DNA of 35,439 nucleotides from positions 1 to 35,439 of the IMG/VR virus record IMGVR_UViG_3300027806_000094. One strand, given 5' to 3'. The notes below the pieces were generated by a model. The model searched no databases, was not told the DNA's origin, and was given only the letters and a program-made list of their open reading frames with translations. This document shows positions 22,189 through 32,590 of this stretch, in pieces. The first letter of the stretch is position 1; every line of letters starts with the position of its first letter. The DNA comes from a virus. Its lineage: Duplodnaviria; Caudoviricetes. The translations under genes and the position numbers were made by a program.

Positions 22189-22665
22189 ATGTCGAACGAC
22201 AACAAGAACGGCTCGCAGCCGAAAGAGACTCTCAACGTTTCAGAACTCGAGCCAGTGGCCCTGACGCTGTTTGGGGCGATGCTCTCAAGCAACACTGGTT
22301 ACGAGACTGAAGCTGTTGCGGCCAAGGCATTCGCCGCTGCCAAGGTTTTCTGTGACGAGGCCAAGCGGTTGAAGTCCGGCGGCAAGGTGTTTGCTGAGCC
22401 GAAGAATCGCAAGATTACAATCTGGATTCACAGCTGGGACCCGGTAACGGAACAGCCGATGTACAACGACGCCGGCGAGCCAGTCTGGATGGAATCGCAG
22501 GGCGACCCGTACTCTTACGCTCCAAACAAGAGCGTCGACCACCCGGTCAATCAGTCCTTTTACCTGTCACGTCACGAGCTCGGGTTGGACGTACCGGACA
22601 AGTACCGGCAAGCCCTTCGCAGTGCTCTGACCTCTCGAGAAGGCCGGGTTTTTGTCACCCGCTAA
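22189..22665 (+). CDS. hypothetical protein
   Basis: GAGGA RBS, located in the head-neck region. Confidence 0.6.
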   Translation: MSNDNKNGSQPKETLNVSELEPVALTLFGAMLSSNTGYETEAVAAKAFAAAKVFCDEAKRLKSGGKVFAEPKNRKITIWIHSWDPVTEQPMYNDAGEPVWMESQGDPYSYAPNKSVDHPVNQSFYLSRHELGLDVPDKYRQALRSALTSREGRVFVTR

Positions 22666-22668
22666 TCA

Positions 22669-23331
22669 ATGGCTATCGTCACGCTCGCTGAATACAAGGC
22701 AATGCTTCAAATCAGCGGAACGGCTGATGATGCTGTAATTGAATCGGCAATCTCGAAAGCCGAATCGATTATCTCAAACGCAAGCCGTTATTTGTATTCG
22801 TCTCAGGCCTTGACTGAGTATTACAGCGGGAGCGGATTGACGACGCTTGTGCTTCGGTACAGGCCGGTGACTGCCATTGCCTCAATATACGTCGACGACA
22901 GTGGATACTACGGTTCCGCTTCTGGTGCATTCGCTGCGTCGACGTTATTGACAAGCGGCGTTGACTATGCCTTGGACATCTCTCGGGCGAACTTCTCAGA
23001 GACTGGCATCGTTCACCGTATCGGAATGGTGTGGTCGAACTACATCAAGAAGTACGGCGCCGACTTGGTTGGCTCGCACCTGCCGGGAATTGGAAATATC
23101 AAGGTCACTTACACGGCCGGGTTCGACGGCTTAACGAACGCAGTCCCGGGAGACCATAAGCTGCTGGCAATTCTGCTTGCAAGGCAAATTGCCAAGACGG
23201 TTGCGAATGCAGGGCTCGACTTCTCGAGTGAGTCATTCGAATACTACAGCTACTCGCTCAAGCAAGAGTCACCGGGCGATTATGCGACGATTAAATCACT
23301 CATGGCCTCAATCACAGACGTGGTGTTTTAA
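22669..23331 (+). CDS. head-tail adaptor (HK97 gp6 / SPP1 gp15-like)
   Basis: Motifs IVTLAEYKAML...DDAVI, RPVTAI, IKVTYTAG, VPGD and SESFEYYSYS. Confidence 0.8.
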   Translation: MAIVTLAEYKAMLQISGTADDAVIESAISKAESIISNASRYLYSSQALTEYYSGSGLTTLVLRYRPVTAIASIYVDDSGYYGSASGAFAASTLLTSGVDYALDISRANFSETGIVHRIGMVWSNYIKKYGADLVGSHLPGIGNIKVTYTAGFDGLTNAVPGDHKLLAILLARQIAKTVANAGLDFSSESFEYYSYSLKQESPGDYATIKSLMASITDVVF

Positions 23332-23696
23332 TGGACAGCACGAGCCTAGCACGTATTCCCGGGATGCTCCCGAAGGACTGTAAGACCACCGGGCGGTACT
23401 ACCGAAGGACCGGCTCGAGTTCGTATGAGGCTGGTGTCGACATCGGAGAGATTGAAGTCCGTCCACTGACCCGAGACGACACGAAAGAGCCTGCGTCGTT
23501 CGCCATCAACAACCGGCGGAACTTCGCGGTGTGGCAGAAAGAGCTCAATCGATATTCCATCACTGCCCCGCGGATTGGCGACAAGCTGACCATCCCTGCT
23601 TCGGCAGGCGACAACGGCGAGGCGTGGATTGTCGATGGTATCTCAACTTCAATGATGGGAAACCGGCACGTCCTGAACTGTTCGAGGATGCGATAA
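23331..23696 (+). CDS. putative head closure/stopper protein
   Basis: Position, size and PRIGDKL...WIV pattern. Confidence 0.6.
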   Translation: MDSTSLARIPGMLPKDCKTTGRYYRRTGSSSYEAGVDIGEIEVRPLTRDDTKEPASFAINNRRNFAVWQKELNRYSITAPRIGDKLTIPASAGDNGEAWIVDGISTSMMGNRHVLNCSRMR

Positions 23697-24133
23697 TGGA
23701 AATGGACCTTGAAAAGGGGATTGAGGTCCTGAACGCATTTGAGGGCTTTCTGAAGCAGGGCGATTTCAAGCCGGCTTGGAAAGAGGTTGCGTACCACCTC
23801 GAGGACAATTTCTGGCAGATTTTCTCGGACCAAGTCGACTCCGACGGAAACCCTTGGCCCGAGCACTCGCCGGCCACCGTGGCCGCAATGGGCCCGCACG
23901 ACCTGCTGATTGACAGCGGAGAGCTGTTGTCAGAAGTCAGCAACCAGAGCAATTACCTTTTGACCGAACGTGGCATCACTGCGACGGTCGACCTCGAGTA
24001 CGCAGCGGCACAGAATTTTGGGACCAGCACAATCCCGGCTCGCGAATTCATGTATCTTCGGCAGGATACCGTGGATAAGATAATGGAGACGGTGTATTAC
24101 TACATTTTGAGCAAGCTCCCCGAGAATAGATAA
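23696..24133 (+). CDS. virion morphogenesis / tail completion protein (Mu gpG / P2 gpS-like)
   Basis: DGNPWPEHSPAT, LIDSGEL, YAAAQNFG and IPAREFM motifs. Start at TAATG 23696. Confidence 0.8.
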   Translation: MEMDLEKGIEVLNAFEGFLKQGDFKPAWKEVAYHLEDNFWQIFSDQVDSDGNPWPEHSPATVAAMGPHDLLIDSGELLSEVSNQSNYLLTERGITATVDLEYAAAQNFGTSTIPAREFMYLRQDTVDKIMETVYYYILSKLPENR

Positions 24134-24876
24134 TGCCGACCACCTACACTTGGACAGACAACGAAGACGGCACTGGGGCGACCGTCGCGATAGTCGGCGG
24201 CGGAGTGCTGGACAGTCACTCAGTTTACACGCAGCGTTTCGCCGGCGGGCTGGGGAGCGACGGCGTCTGGACGCTTGGAGGTGCAGGGCTCGGAAATGGC
24301 AATGTTTCGTTGAACTTGGACCCCGGCCACTTTTTCGGGTATGTTGTCTCTTCGTCGGGAGGCGTTGATTCGATATCCTCTGTTGAGTATTTCGCGACAA
24401 CTTCCGGCTCTGATTCGATTCACTTCCTGCTGTTACAGGCAATACAGGCTCGCATAATCGCAGTCAACCTCGCAGACGTCGGCTCTAACGTACTTATCAG
24501 AAAAATTCCGACAGAACGTGGACACGATTCCGAGACGTACCCTTACCCGGCAGTGATAGTGTCTCCACTCGGAACAGAACAATTACCCGGCGGGACGAAC
24601 GCACGCGATGACATTGGGTATCCAGTGCTCGTGTCGATTCTTGCCAAGAATAATCAAGACCTGTCAGAAACGAATTTAAATAAATTCCTGCTATGGCGGG
24701 AGTTGATTGCAAAGGCGTTTCGCGGGGACCAGCAACTCGTCACTGGTGGCGACTGGAATGCTCACCGCACAAAGGTTGAGCCCGGCCCAGTCATCAGTCC
24801 GTCGGCTGTCTGGAACAACTTATTTCAATGCTCGCTGACTATACGTTGTGAGGCTCGCCAAACGCGAGGTTTGTAA
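24133..24876 (+). CDS. putative tail terminator with an N-terminal extension
   Basis: Position before the tail tube gene and a YPAVIVSP motif. Confidence 0.55.
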   Translation: MPTTYTWTDNEDGTGATVAIVGGGVLDSHSVYTQRFAGGLGSDGVWTLGGAGLGNGNVSLNLDPGHFFGYVVSSSGGVDSISSVEYFATTSGSDSIHFLLLQAIQARIIAVNLADVGSNVLIRKIPTERGHDSETYPYPAVIVSPLGTEQLPGGTNARDDIGYPVLVSILAKNNQDLSETNLNKFLLWRELIAKAFRGDQQLVTGGDWNAHRTKVEPGPVISPSAVWNNLFQCSLTIRCEARQTRGL

Positions 24877-25838
24877 TGGCTGAAATTTACGGTGACGTTT
24901 CAATCTCGACGAACAGCAAGCTCGCTTGGCAACTCGAAGGCACGGGGGACGTCGACGAAGTAACGGACAATCTCGCGTACGACGGCTCGGTTGCGGTTGC
25001 TGACTTCGCGTCAGCACTTCAAATCGAGTTCCTCTCAGAGAGTCTCGGTAAGGTCGACGGCTTTGCTTACAACGGCGGTATTCGCGGCACTCGCTCTCGC
25101 AATCACGAGCGTGTCCGAAAAGTCGCTCACGTTGTTCGAGGTTCAATCGAAATGACCCCGACGCCGATTGAGCTCAACTCGATTCTGTACTTTACCACTG
25201 GAACCGCAACCACTCCGTTCGCTCTCACTGAGCAGGTTCCGACGATTGCATTCATCGTCGACCGAATCGGCAATCGATTCATGTACACCGGCTGCAAGAT
25301 TGGCCGGATGACAATTCGCGGAAGTCAAGGCGGATTGATTGGCGTTTCCTTGGACATCGAAGGCAAAAACGAAACTGTTTCCGCCAGCTCATTCCCGGGA
25401 ACCATCACAGCAATCGACGACAAAGAGCCGTACGTTTTCAGCGAAGCAGTTTTCGCTCACGGCGGAGACAGTTATGAGATTCGAGACTTCGAGCTGGTTC
25501 TGGACAACGGCCTGATTACAGACCGCCAGATGAATTCGCTTTATCGACGCCGACTTCCAGCCGGCGACCGCCAAGTTGGGTTGCGTCTCGCTGTCCCGTA
25601 CAGTGCGGCGATTCTGACCAAGTTCGGCAATGTTGCCGAAGAGGGCCTCGACGGTGCGACTTTGACAATCACAAACGGCACCGTATCATTGACTATGACG
25701 TTTGGTAATTTGAAAGCGGACAACACGTCTCCCGTTTCCGGAAGTCGCGGAAATGAAATGCTGCTGCCTTTGACCTTCACGGCATACAAGAAGGGCGGCA
25801 CTATGGAGGTGTCGTTCGCTAACGACAGCACTCCGTAA
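24876..25838 (+). CDS. major tail tube protein
   Basis: FLSESL, GIRGTRSR, YTGCKI and FELVLDNGL motifs, and position before chaperone and tape measure. Confidence 0.8.
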   Translation: MAEIYGDVSISTNSKLAWQLEGTGDVDEVTDNLAYDGSVAVADFASALQIEFLSESLGKVDGFAYNGGIRGTRSRNHERVRKVAHVVRGSIEMTPTPIELNSILYFTTGTATTPFALTEQVPTIAFIVDRIGNRFMYTGCKIGRMTIRGSQGGLIGVSLDIEGKNETVSASSFPGTITAIDDKEPYVFSEAVFAHGGDSYEIRDFELVLDNGLITDRQMNSLYRRRLPAGDRQVGLRLAVPYSAAILTKFGNVAEEGLDGATLTITNGTVSLTMTFGNLKADNTSPVSGSRGNEMLLPLTFTAYKKGGTMEVSFANDSTP

Positions 25839-25852
25839 TTTTGAGGTGAAGT

Positions 25853-26290
25853 GTGAGTGGAGCTTTTATTGACGGGACTGAAGACGGATACTTGGCACCA
25901 GCTGAAGGAATTCACGGTGGCGTCCGCTTCAGTTTCCAGCCGCTGCTTGTCGAGGAGCGTTCCCTGTTTCTCGACAAGATGGAAAAGTGCAAGGACCGGG
26001 CCCAGCAAGACCGAGTCACTGCAATGGAGCTGGAGAAGATTCTGCGGAAGTGGGACCTGACCAAGCCTGACGGAACAATGGTCCCAATCACGGCGAAGAA
26101 TATCCTTCGCTTGAAGTTCCGGCTCTTCAATGACATTCAGGCGATTGCCATTTACGGCACCCGCGGAAGCGACAGCGACCCGGGCGAGCCGGTCGAGGTC
26201 AAGCTTGAGCTGGACCGGACTGAGGTTGTCAGTGCGATGGATGGCACGAACCTGAACGACGCAGTCGAAGAGGCTCGACTAAAAAACTGA
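25853..26290 (+). CDS. tail assembly chaperone (gpG-like)
   Basis: Lies between tube and tape measure genes and ends in CTA AAA AAC TGA. Confidence 0.8.
   Translation: MSGAFIDGTEDGYLAPAEGIHGGVRFSFQPLLVEERSLFLDKMEKCKDRAQQDRVTAMELEKILRKWDLTKPDGTMVPITAKNILRLKFRLFNDIQAIAIYGTRGSDSDPGEPVEVKLELDRTEVVSAMDGTNLNDAVEEARLKN
26281..26287 (+). promoter_or_regulatory. programmed -1 ribosomal frameshift site A AAA AAC
   Basis: Correctly phased X XXY YYZ heptamer just before the stop. The -1 frame stays open to 26679. Confidence 0.85.
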
Positions 26291-26679
26291 CGAGCGGGCT
26301 GACAACGCTCTTCAGGCACCCAGAAGTCGCTACCCGCTCCTGTGCTGATTGTAAACGATGGGTTTATAACCAGCATGGAAAGCGGGAGCTGCGGCACGGG
26401 AAGCCGATTGAGCGGACAGGCCCGCCGCCTTGCTGGAGCTGCCCAAAAAAGTCGCCTGACGAGGCTCACAACTATGAGCTTTCTGAACCGAACCGCGACC
26501 TTTACAATCTCTACTGCAAAGTTAAGGCGACCAGCGGAACGTGCCTTACGGAAGAGCAACGCTCGAGCGAATGGCTTTCTCATCGCCTCGCACTTATCGA
26601 CATTTTGGTCGAACGCGACAGGCAAGAGAAGCTCGCCCAGCAAGTCGCAAACATCGTAAAGGCGGTGCCCAGTGGATAA
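26281..26679 (+). CDS. frameshifted chaperone extension (gpT part of gpGT)
   Basis: The -1 frame reads KKLTSGLTTLFRHPEVATRSCADCKRW...PPCWSCPKK...VKAVPSG and overlaps the tape measure start. Confidence 0.8.
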   Translation, partial: KKLTSGLTTLFRHPEVATRSCADCKRWVYNQHGKRELRHGKPIERTGPPPCWSCPKKSPDEAHNYELSEPNRDLYNLYCKVKATSGTCLTEEQRSSEWLSHRLALIDILVERDRQEKLAQQVANIVKAVPSG

Positions 26680-28783
26680 AGAGCTGAATTTAATTATCAA
26701 GCTGGCGGAGGCCTCGTCGAACGGCTCAGAGTTCGGCAGGCTTCATGCTAATCTTGAAAAAGTAAAGACCGAAATGAGGGACATCGGTCAGCTCCAAGAG
26801 GCGAACAACGCCCGCGGAAAGGAATTGCTTCGGCAAGAAGCCGCACTTGAGCAAGAGCGGATTCGGCTAATAAAGGTAAGGGCGGATGCAGAAAAGCGAG
26901 CTGCCGAAGCGTCTGAAAATAAAAGAGCCTTTAGAGGATTCAGTAATGTTAGCGAGAAGTTCGGTCGAGAGGCTGCTTCCGAGCACAGCAAGGCGTCAGC
27001 GGCTACTGCAGAGCTAGAAAAACTAGAAGGACGCTTAAAGGATGTCCGCTCTGAGCTGTCCGGTTTCAATGACGAAACAAACAAGCTCGATGACTCGCTA
27101 AAGAAAACTGCCGAGACTGGCGTTCGTACTTACGAAAAAATCAACAACGCTATTGAAAAGTCGGCAAGAGAAGTCGAGCGGCACACTACCGCTAAGAACA
27201 AGGCGTATCAGAAATTCTTCGGCTCACTTATGACCGGATTCCAAGGCCTGACAAGCCTAGCGAAATCCGCCGCACTTGCGTACGCAGCTGCGATGGACAC
27301 TGACGATGCAACCGTCAAGAAGTGGATGCAGTGGTTTGCCGCAATTGAATCGGTATCACAGGCATTGCACGGGATACACGGCGTCTACAAGTCAATAACA
27401 GGAGCACTAGAGGCTCTCAAGAAAGCCAAGCGAGCGACCATTGCCATTAACGCGGCACTGGCTGCAAGCGAGGCAGCGGTGTGCAAGGCTCAGTCATGTG
27501 GTCCGCCAGCTCCGGGTGGTGGCGGTGGTGGTGGCAGCGGATGGTGGGGCCGAGCAAAAGGAATGGCAGGGAGAGCGGCTGGATGGGCCGGCTCTGCTAT
27601 GCGTGGCATCGGGACATTTGCAACAGGAACCGGCGGTTTGCTTGTTACTGGCATTGCCGGTGGTCTCGCTGCTGGAGAGGCGTTTAATTACGCGACATCC
27701 GGCGAGACGCTGACTGGTGCGGTTGGCGAGGCTTGGAGTGCACGAAGCTCTGAGCAAGCTTCCCGGAGACGGGCCGAGGAAATGGAAAGACGCCGGCCGC
27801 TCGAGAACGACGTCACGCGAATACTCTACAACGAGCAGATAAACTCAAGAACGACAGTTGGGGAGCGGTTTGCGAGAGACGCGAGCAACCTGACTGGAAC
27901 GGCCGACGCGGTTGCCGGCATGGGCTGGCGTTCAAGAAAGAATCAGCTAGCCGCAATGGAAGGCCAAGCAGCGGCGAGCACGCGAGCGTCTCACTACCTT
28001 CGCAGTAGTGCTGACAGTATGATGCACATGGAGGGAGGGCGAGAGCAAGCCGCACAGCTTCGCCAGAAAGCGGCTGAAGAAGAGATTCAAAATATCCAGC
28101 GTATCATCGACATGCAGCGTCTTCAGCAGCAGATTAAGATGGATGCTGCTAGGCAGGACTTGGATATCCTGAAGACACGTCAACAGATGGCACAGGAAGA
28201 GTCTGAGTTTTTCAAGTCTCTCGTCGAAGACGCGAAGAGAGAGAAGAAGGCGGTTACCGACGCCGTTCTTGGGTCGAAGCCCGGAGAGGTTCGCCGCGGG
28301 TTTGCAGCAAGACAAAAAGCAGAGGGCGGCGGTGAGTTGAACTACCGAGAGGCGATGGCCCTCGAGCAATCCGGCCTCGCGACAAACGAAGCACTCCGCA
28401 AGGCAATTGAAGAGGCGAAGGAAAAGGAGGCAATGCGGCGTACCAGCGGAATGCCCGGTGCGAAGGAAACTTGGGACCGAATCAACAAAGACATATCTGA
28501 TGCACAGTTCGGCTCTGATTTATACGGCACCGAGGCTCGTGAATTAAAAGCCGACGTCAAGATTGCACAGAACATCGTTGTATCGCTCGAGAATAAAGCC
28601 GACAAGGAAATCGACGAGCTTATCAAAACACTCGAGCCCGCTCTTCGGAGCCTGCTTGACGAACGCAACAAGCAAGTCGAGGTTGCAATCAAAGAGGCGA
28701 TTGAAAACGCTTCGAGAGCAACCGCGACCAACATGACAGAGGAAGAGCTTCAAAACAAGCGAATGGGCGGAGGCTCGCGATAA
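26672..28783 (+). CDS. tail tape measure protein
   Basis: 703 aa, Ala/Glu/Lys-rich coiled coil with central hydrophobic Gly/Ala segments. Follows the G/GT genes. Confidence 0.85.
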   Translation: MDKELNLIIKLAEASSNGSEFGRLHANLEKVKTEMRDIGQLQEANNARGKELLRQEAALEQERIRLIKVRADAEKRAAEASENKRAFRGFSNVSEKFGREAASEHSKASAATAELEKLEGRLKDVRSELSGFNDETNKLDDSLKKTAETGVRTYEKINNAIEKSAREVERHTTAKNKAYQKFFGSLMTGFQGLTSLAKSAALAYAAAMDTDDATVKKWMQWFAAIESVSQALHGIHGVYKSITGALEALKKAKRATIAINAALAASEAAVCKAQSCGPPAPGGGGGGGSGWWGRAKGMAGRAAGWAGSAMRGIGTFATGTGGLLVTGIAGGLAAGEAFNYATSGETLTGAVGEAWSARSSEQASRRRAEEMERRRPLENDVTRILYNEQINSRTTVGERFARDASNLTGTADAVAGMGWRSRKNQLAAMEGQAAASTRASHYLRSSADSMMHMEGGREQAAQLRQKAAEEEIQNIQRIIDMQRLQQQIKMDAARQDLDILKTRQQMAQEESEFFKSLVEDAKREKKAVTDAVLGSKPGEVRRGFAARQKAEGGGELNYREAMALEQSGLATNEALRKAIEEAKEKEAMRRTSGMPGAKETWDRINKDISDAQFGSDLYGTEARELKADVKIAQNIVVSLENKADKEIDELIKTLEPALRSLLDERNKQVEVAIKEAIENASRATATNMTEEELQNKRMGGGSR

Positions 28784-29493
28784 TGTACCTTCGATTCGGA
28801 AACTATACTCACGCGGTCGACGAAGCGGCTGTCGTTATTTCCAAGCGTCGTAAAATCAACGAACGCGGATTCCCTGTTGGCGGGACCGAGACTTGGCAGA
28901 TTCAAGGCCAGCTCAACGGAAATTCAGTCAGCGACTTGACGACGAAGATTCAAGCCCTTGAAGCAGCTTACGCAAAGGGCGGGCAAGACATATACTTACT
29001 TGACGACAATTACAACCAGACAGCTCACTATCTGAAAAGCAGCGATACTGTCTCGGGTGTTGTCGCAACTGCAATCGTCTATCCATTTCAAAATGGTGCT
29101 GAGTACACGACGTTTCGGAATTACAGTATCGAGGTTCAGGCATCGTACGACATCGATGGCGGCGGCGGTTCCACTGGCGGGCAGAATAACGTTGTCGAGT
29201 TTGACCAGACAACCAGCTGGCAAGGCTCTGGCGGGCCTCAGTTCATTGTCCGAACGACGCGATACGGAAGGCCGATATACCAGCAAGTTGCCCGCGAAAC
29301 GCCGATTATGGTACAACAAACCGGCTCGTCTCTGGGTTATCGAACATATCCGGTCCCACCTCCACCGCTCTACCCAAAATTTGAGCACGTCGAGCGTCGG
29401 CAGATTACCCGGCAACATCCGCGGATTGCGTCTCGCGAGGGCGAGCGTGAGTTTCGAATCAACTGGTCATACTCGTTTACGTTGGTGAAATAA
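28783..29493 (+). CDS. putative distal tail protein
   Basis: Directly after the tape measure gene, beta-rich. Confidence 0.55.
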   Translation: MYLRFGNYTHAVDEAAVVISKRRKINERGFPVGGTETWQIQGQLNGNSVSDLTTKIQALEAAYAKGGQDIYLLDDNYNQTAHYLKSSDTVSGVVATAIVYPFQNGAEYTTFRNYSIEVQASYDIDGGGGSTGGQNNVVEFDQTTSWQGSGGPQFIVRTTRYGRPIYQQVARETPIMVQQTGSSLGYRTYPVPPPPLYPKFEHVERRQITRQHPRIASREGEREFRINWSYSFTLVK

Positions 29494-30776
29494 TGGCAAC
29501 TCGTGTTTGGATTGGTGCGGTTCGACCAGTCGCTCAGGTGACTCGGTGGCTTTTTAATGGGACATGGGAAAACAATGACAATGTCATTGTGACAATCGGC
29601 AGCAAGTCTATTACAGTTGTATCTGGAAGTGCGACTCCAGCGACCATCGTTGATAATGTCGTCACGGGACTGAACAACTCAAACGACCCGGAGTTCGAGG
29701 AGATTACATGGTCTCGCTCTGGCGATTATCTTGTTGGAACTGCCGACGAAGAGGGTGTTCCGTTTACGTGTACGCTAACAACCACAGAAACCGGTGGCGG
29801 TGCAGCGGACTTGCAGCGATTTGACGGTGCGACCAGTTCCGTCGGAGTTGACTTAACGGCATGCACTGGACCGAACTTCGCGAACGTTGCCGGGAATTGG
29901 TCTGGTGCGACACTGCCAATCGATGGAGACACGGTCATTTTTGCGGACTCAGACGTGAGCTGCTTGTACGGACTTGATAATAATGCCGTTACTCCAGCAT
30001 CATTGTATTTCGACGCCTCGTTCACTGGCTCGATTGGATTGCCGGTCTACAACGAAAACGGCTACTATGAATATCGCGAGCGGTTTCTGAAGTATGGCAA
30101 CTCTGGCGACGCCGCGAATATGCAAGTGGTGGTCGGTCAAGGCGAGGGCGGCGGTTCACCGCGAATCAAGCTCAACGCCGGCACTGGGCAATCGACGGTC
30201 ACGGTATTATCAACCGGCCAGCCCGAGACAGATTCAGAAAAGGCATTCGAGTTCATTGGGACTCACGCAAGTAATGAGGTCAACGTGTCTTCCGGCTCTG
30301 TCGGGATTGCCCTGCACGCCGGCAGTGCTGCGACGGTCCCGACGCTTCGGGTTGGCTACCAGACGAACATAGAGAGCGACTCCAGTGTTTTGTGTGGGCT
30401 CGGTGCTACGCTTACCACGGTGATTCAGGCTGGCGGTACGCTGGAGACCCGGTCAAATGTCACGACCCTGACTCTGAGCGGCGGAGAGCACGTTAAAGCG
30501 GCTGGGACCGTAACGACCCTGAATGCTAACGGCGGGGTGTATATCCACAACTCAACAGGGACCGTGACGACAATCGTCGCTGCCTCCGGGGCGGAAGTCG
30601 ACTTCAGTCGAGACCTTCGGACGAAGACGGTGACGAATTTCACAGTCAATGCCGGCTCGACACTGAAGGACCCGCATGGGGTTGTGACTTATACGAACGG
30701 AATCATTTTCAACCGTTGCCGGCCTAGCGACGTTGAGTGGGAAGCCGCAATCAATAAGACTTGGACTCAGGCATAA
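29493..30776 (+). CDS. tail-associated protein with beta-helix-like repeats
   Basis: Thr/Gly/Val-rich with repeating (T/N)VTTLxxxGG units in the C-terminal part. Confidence 0.6.
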   Translation: MATRVWIGAVRPVAQVTRWLFNGTWENNDNVIVTIGSKSITVVSGSATPATIVDNVVTGLNNSNDPEFEEITWSRSGDYLVGTADEEGVPFTCTLTTTETGGGAADLQRFDGATSSVGVDLTACTGPNFANVAGNWSGATLPIDGDTVIFADSDVSCLYGLDNNAVTPASLYFDASFTGSIGLPVYNENGYYEYRERFLKYGNSGDAANMQVVVGQGEGGGSPRIKLNAGTGQSTVTVLSTGQPETDSEKAFEFIGTHASNEVNVSSGSVGIALHAGSAATVPTLRVGYQTNIESDSSVLCGLGATLTTVIQAGGTLETRSNVTTLTLSGGEHVKAAGTVTTLNANGGVYIHNSTGTVTTIVAASGAEVDFSRDLRTKTVTNFTVNAGSTLKDPHGVVTYTNGIIFNRCRPSDVEWEAAINKTWTQA

Positions 30777-32587
30777 TGCTCGAAGCAGTTGTCGAATACA
30801 CCGGGGTCGAAGACGTCATATCGTTTTCGTACAGCATGGGCCAAGGAGTTGTGCCCGGGGTGATGTCGTTTCAAATTACACCGCAACGTCTCGACAAGAT
30901 TGCCCCGTACGGAACACTGAAAATCACGTACGGCAAGACGAAGCTGAAAATGAAAAACTGCCTGAGCGACCGGGCGAGTTATCAGCTGAATTCCTCTGGA
31001 GAAGTGATTGCCTTTTACGCCACAGATTATCGCTGGGCGTGGCATTATTCGACCATCACCGGAACTTACAACCTCAAGGACATCGAAGGAAAGGACCTCG
31101 TTCTTTCCGGGAGCAAAAAGAAAACTCCTGACGATGTTTTCGGGTATAGCAAGAGAAACCTTCGCGAGCTCGTGCAGTTGTGCTTCGAGGCGATGGGGGT
31201 TGATAAAGCGAACGTCTCGCGAGTCCCGGAAAATGTCTATCCTGAGGTTTCGTGGGACAACGTGATTGCAGCTCAGGCTCTTCACAGCCTACTCGAGCAG
31301 TTCGACTTGCGAGTGTGCCCGAACTGGAAAGGCGGTGCCGCTGTTTACAAAGTTGGCCGTGGTGGCGAGCTGACCGATTACGACAAAATCGAATCGATTG
31401 GGCAAGAGTCCGACCCGGTCGAGAGGCCTAAGGAAATTCGGTTTATCACTCAGCCAATCAAATACAACGTAGACTTTGAGCTCGAGCCTGTCGGAGAAGA
31501 TGTCGACGGCAAGATTCGGCCTATTGAGGACTTGAGTTACTACGTGCCGGAAATGGAAGACTGGGACCCGGCGGCTGGTTTCGATACACTCGTCCCAGAA
31601 CAGGATACCGATTACGCTTACACGGTCGCAGCACTCGCTCAAAAGTGCATATTCAAGTGGTGGCGGGTGAAGATTCCCGAGGTCTCCGGGAAGACGGTTG
31701 GCGGTTGGTTTGGAAATCACCCAGCCGGCCCGCCGAACCTTGGCCTGAAAAAGTTCATCGCGGAATACGGCGACCCCAAGTATGTCGAGCAGTTCCTGCC
31801 ACTACTTCCGGTTCAGGCAGAAACAATTCTTGACGATATCGACAAGCGGCGGTACGCAAAAGAGCCTGTCGTGTTCGGGAAGTTCTTCGACGATGGCGAT
31901 ATCGGCTCGTTAAACACAAATGACCCGGCCAAGATACCTTGGAAAAACCTCGACCAGATTCGAGTCAACCAAAAAGTCAACGTTCGATATATCGTGACGT
32001 TCTCTTCTATGAATATCGACCACGACCGCGGAATTGTGATGTTCGACCAGCCAATCACCGCACAAATCAACAAGACCACCTACACCTTTTCTCGGCCGCG
32101 GCTCTGGCTTCGGTGCGGATGTCATATCAAAGACCTGAAGACTGGATTGCCGGTTCGGTACAGTAAGGTGAAGGGCATGGCAAAGAAAAGCCCGGCCAGC
32201 ACTGTCACTGTCAGCGTTGATGAAGCGGCCCCGTATTATGGTGCCACTGATGACAAGGCGAATAACATTGATGAGGTTGAAAAAATCATCGCGACTTACG
32301 ACGCTGAAGTTGATGAGACCTTCAAGCGTAAAGACGCAGAGACCGCAACATATATCGGGATTATCTCAGTCAAGCTTGACGGTGCGATACGAGAGGCGAG
32401 CTACACAATCAACGAGGGCGGTGCTACAACGGTAGTGATGCGAAATACTGACAAGAGCCGGGCCCGGACGCTTGGATATCTCCGCAGGACAAAGCTTCTG
32501 CAGGATGAGATTCTGAAGCGGCAAGAGGACCGCCGAAAGGCGATAGAGCTCTGGCAAAAGCGAGCTGAGCAGGTGAGGTTCCTGTAA
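30776..32587 (+). CDS. putative baseplate hub / tail tip protein
   Basis: Position and size. Start placed at TAATG 30776. Confidence 0.55.
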   Translation: MLEAVVEYTGVEDVISFSYSMGQGVVPGVMSFQITPQRLDKIAPYGTLKITYGKTKLKMKNCLSDRASYQLNSSGEVIAFYATDYRWAWHYSTITGTYNLKDIEGKDLVLSGSKKKTPDDVFGYSKRNLRELVQLCFEAMGVDKANVSRVPENVYPEVSWDNVIAAQALHSLLEQFDLRVCPNWKGGAAVYKVGRGGELTDYDKIESIGQESDPVERPKEIRFITQPIKYNVDFELEPVGEDVDGKIRPIEDLSYYVPEMEDWDPAAGFDTLVPEQDTDYAYTVAALAQKCIFKWWRVKIPEVSGKTVGGWFGNHPAGPPNLGLKKFIAEYGDPKYVEQFLPLLPVQAETILDDIDKRRYAKEPVVFGKFFDDGDIGSLNTNDPAKIPWKNLDQIRVNQKVNVRYIVTFSSMNIDHDRGIVMFDQPITAQINKTTYTFSRPRLWLRCGCHIKDLKTGLPVRYSKVKGMAKKSPASTVTVSVDEAAPYYGATDDKANNIDEVEKIIATYDAEVDETFKRKDAETATYIGIISVKLDGAIREASYTINEGGATTVVMRNTDKSRARTLGYLRRTKLLQDEILKRQEDRRKAIELWQKRAEQVRFL

Positions 32588-32590
32588 CCG

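Noticed and set aside
26342-26659. 105-aa ORF in the track between chaperone and tape measure
   Set aside because: The -1 frame reached from the slippery site (26281-26679) explains the region better.
29493-30776. Tail sheath (contractile tail)
   Set aside because: It lies downstream of the tape measure gene, lacks a sheath C-terminal domain, and no baseplate wedge genes were recognised.
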